Origin: Promethearchaeota archaeon
GTDB taxonomy: Archaea > Asgardarchaeota > Lokiarchaeia > Sigyniarchaeales > SOKP01
Direction of reading: 5' to 3'
Assembly: GCA_019057865.1 (NCBI GenBank)
Contig: JAHLWP010000045.1
Coordinates: 1-27,950, forward strand
DNA: 27,950 nt
Both the position numbers and the translations under genes were made by a program. Below the pieces are notes generated by a model, which worked only from the letters and a program-made list of their open reading frames with translations, made no database searches and was not told the origin of the DNA. Positions 27,701-27,950 of the stretch are shown in pieces (position 1 is the first letter of the stretch; each line of letters begins with the position of its first letter).

Positions 27701-27950
27701 TCCCAATTAATTGCTCCTGCTTCACATTCTTTCTCGCAAAGTTGGCAAGCTTCTTTAGTGAGATAAAGACATTTCTCAGCATCAATAACGGCTTTCCTCG
27801 GAACAGCTTGTGGAAATGGAATGTATATAGCAGTTCTATTCCCCATTCCCTCCTCAAACTCGGAAGGTATCTTTTTCATGGGACACTTTTCAGAGCAAGC
27901 TTCACACCCAGTACATTTTTCCCAATCTACATACCTTGCTTTTTTCAATA
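24742..27950 (-). CDS. hdrA: Large HdrA with tandem HdrA modules fused to a C-terminal MvhD domain (5' end outside the window)
   Basis: Module 1 remainder: CTGCEACSEKCP, ATG, CVGSR...YCSKFCC. Module 2 from about 26880: IGVFICRCG, AACTP, IGGGISG, CVGSR...YCSLICC. Then 2x[4Fe-4S] CIACQKCEEVC and CKGCGDCSAACP, then MvhD (about 25180-24742) FLCNWCSYAGAD, MCTGR, GCHIGDCHY. Confidence 0.95.
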   Translation of the reverse strand, partial: LKKARYVDWEKCTGCEACSEKCPMKKIPSEFEEGMGNRTAIYIPFPQAVPRKAVIDAEKCLYLTKEACQLCEKECEAGAINWDDKDEVVEYNFASIIVATGYDQLDPSVLVRYHYGEYPNVVTAMQYERLLSASGPTGGALLRPSDNEHAHNIGFVSCVGSRNEDLCAYCSKFCCMYQTKEGVVTREHAPETSVTIFFNDIRVVGKNQEEFIERAKDEYGLIYYRGIPGDIRENPENHNLYVKHANLDTGEVEVSEFDLVVLANAVTPRKDAEKLANILGIEQNELGFFKTKDSTEDLRSTREGIYVSGSCQSPDDIANSVAKAGGSAALAATHAIPMSEEEQKVELPPLKDIRPDEEPRIGVFICRCGINIAGYMDVPTLVDYAKTLPNVVYAMENKYSCSQLTQDIIKEKIEELDLNRVVVAACTPRTHEPLFQKTIREAGLNEYLFNFVSIRELDSWVHMNDNPKATDKAKDLIRMGIARVRKQTSEFKIRGDVVPEALIIGGGISGMSAAMEIAVKGFKVHLVEKSDELGGQLNLIYKINFDRIDSKQFLEEKIREYNELKNITTYLQSEVVDVKGSIGDFKIKVKNNAENKEINLNVGVIITATGAYEYKPEGWYHYGENENVITQLELSEKLKNNELKDGETLVFIHCVGSRQPEGGNGFTYCSLICCSESIRHALYVKENYPNSNIYVLYRDIRVGTDEELYYWKARESINYIRFNEYPTVDIANGKLKVNVNDILTQIDLTIKADKVVLSTPLVPYDTKRLGELIKCARDQNGYFLEAHIKLRPVDFATDGIYLAGTCHGPKGIADAISQGRGAAAHALIPLISGEVENEPLVSVVDPALCIACQKCEEVCNFGAIGVNFDHDILVSQSNPLLCKGCGDCSAACPAGAITMSHFADDQIYPMISEALKGEFIDERPRIVAFLCNWCSYAGADTCGVSRFQYPTNIRPIRVMCTGRIPKSFILQAFLEGADGVFVGGCHIGDCHYLEGNYDMLRRYNEIHEILAKVGINPGRYRLEWVSASEGKRFSEVVTEFVNKIKELGPLPKTGDKIELKKEKAKEGA

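Noticed and set aside
18506-27857. Antisense or alternate-frame ORFs over the hypothetical, MBL, ICMT, metF, hdrB and hdrA genes (e.g. 21571-22089 +, 27633-27857 -)
   Set aside because: Shadows of conserved genes with no independent support.
24742-27950. Selenoprotein form of HdrA/MvhD
   Set aside because: All visible Fe-S ligands are Cys and there is no in-frame TGA. The N-terminal part, where Sec could occur, is outside the window and cannot be judged.
1-27950. CRISPR arrays, tRNA/rRNA genes, transposases or integrases
   Set aside because: No regularly spaced repeats, cloverleaf or GC-rich RNA blocks, or mobility motifs were seen by eye.

Overview
AT-rich archaeal window. Gene content (Cdc48 with an HbYX tail, HdrABC-MvhD, THF-type MetVF, core methionine synthase) and GGAGGT(G/T)A ribosome-binding sites suggest an anaerobic archaeon, plausibly Asgard/Lokiarchaeia; that assignment is inference. 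In order it holds: the start of a 4-hydroxybutyryl-CoA dehydratase-like gene; a polyferredoxin whose first ferredoxin motifs lie upstream of any in-frame ATG/GTG/TTG; a heat-shock cluster (hsp20-cdc48-HTH regulator-HExxH metallopeptidase); an unannotated 171-bp element closed by an inverted repeat and carrying two exactly antisense small ORFs; a folate-independent methionine synthase head-to-head with an MtaA/CmuA methyltransferase and a corrinoid protein; an orphan m6A DNA methyltransferase; a disulfide reductase with a His-rich tail; a lone LuxE-like gene; two different metV-metF pairs; several hypothetical, membrane and hydrolase genes; an Lrp regulator; and an hdrA(tandem)::mvhD-hdrC-hdrB-metV-metF cluster resembling the Hdr-coupled methylene-THF reductase of Moorella. 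No rRNA, tRNA, CRISPR array or transposase was seen. All calls come from reading motifs by eye; no searches were run.
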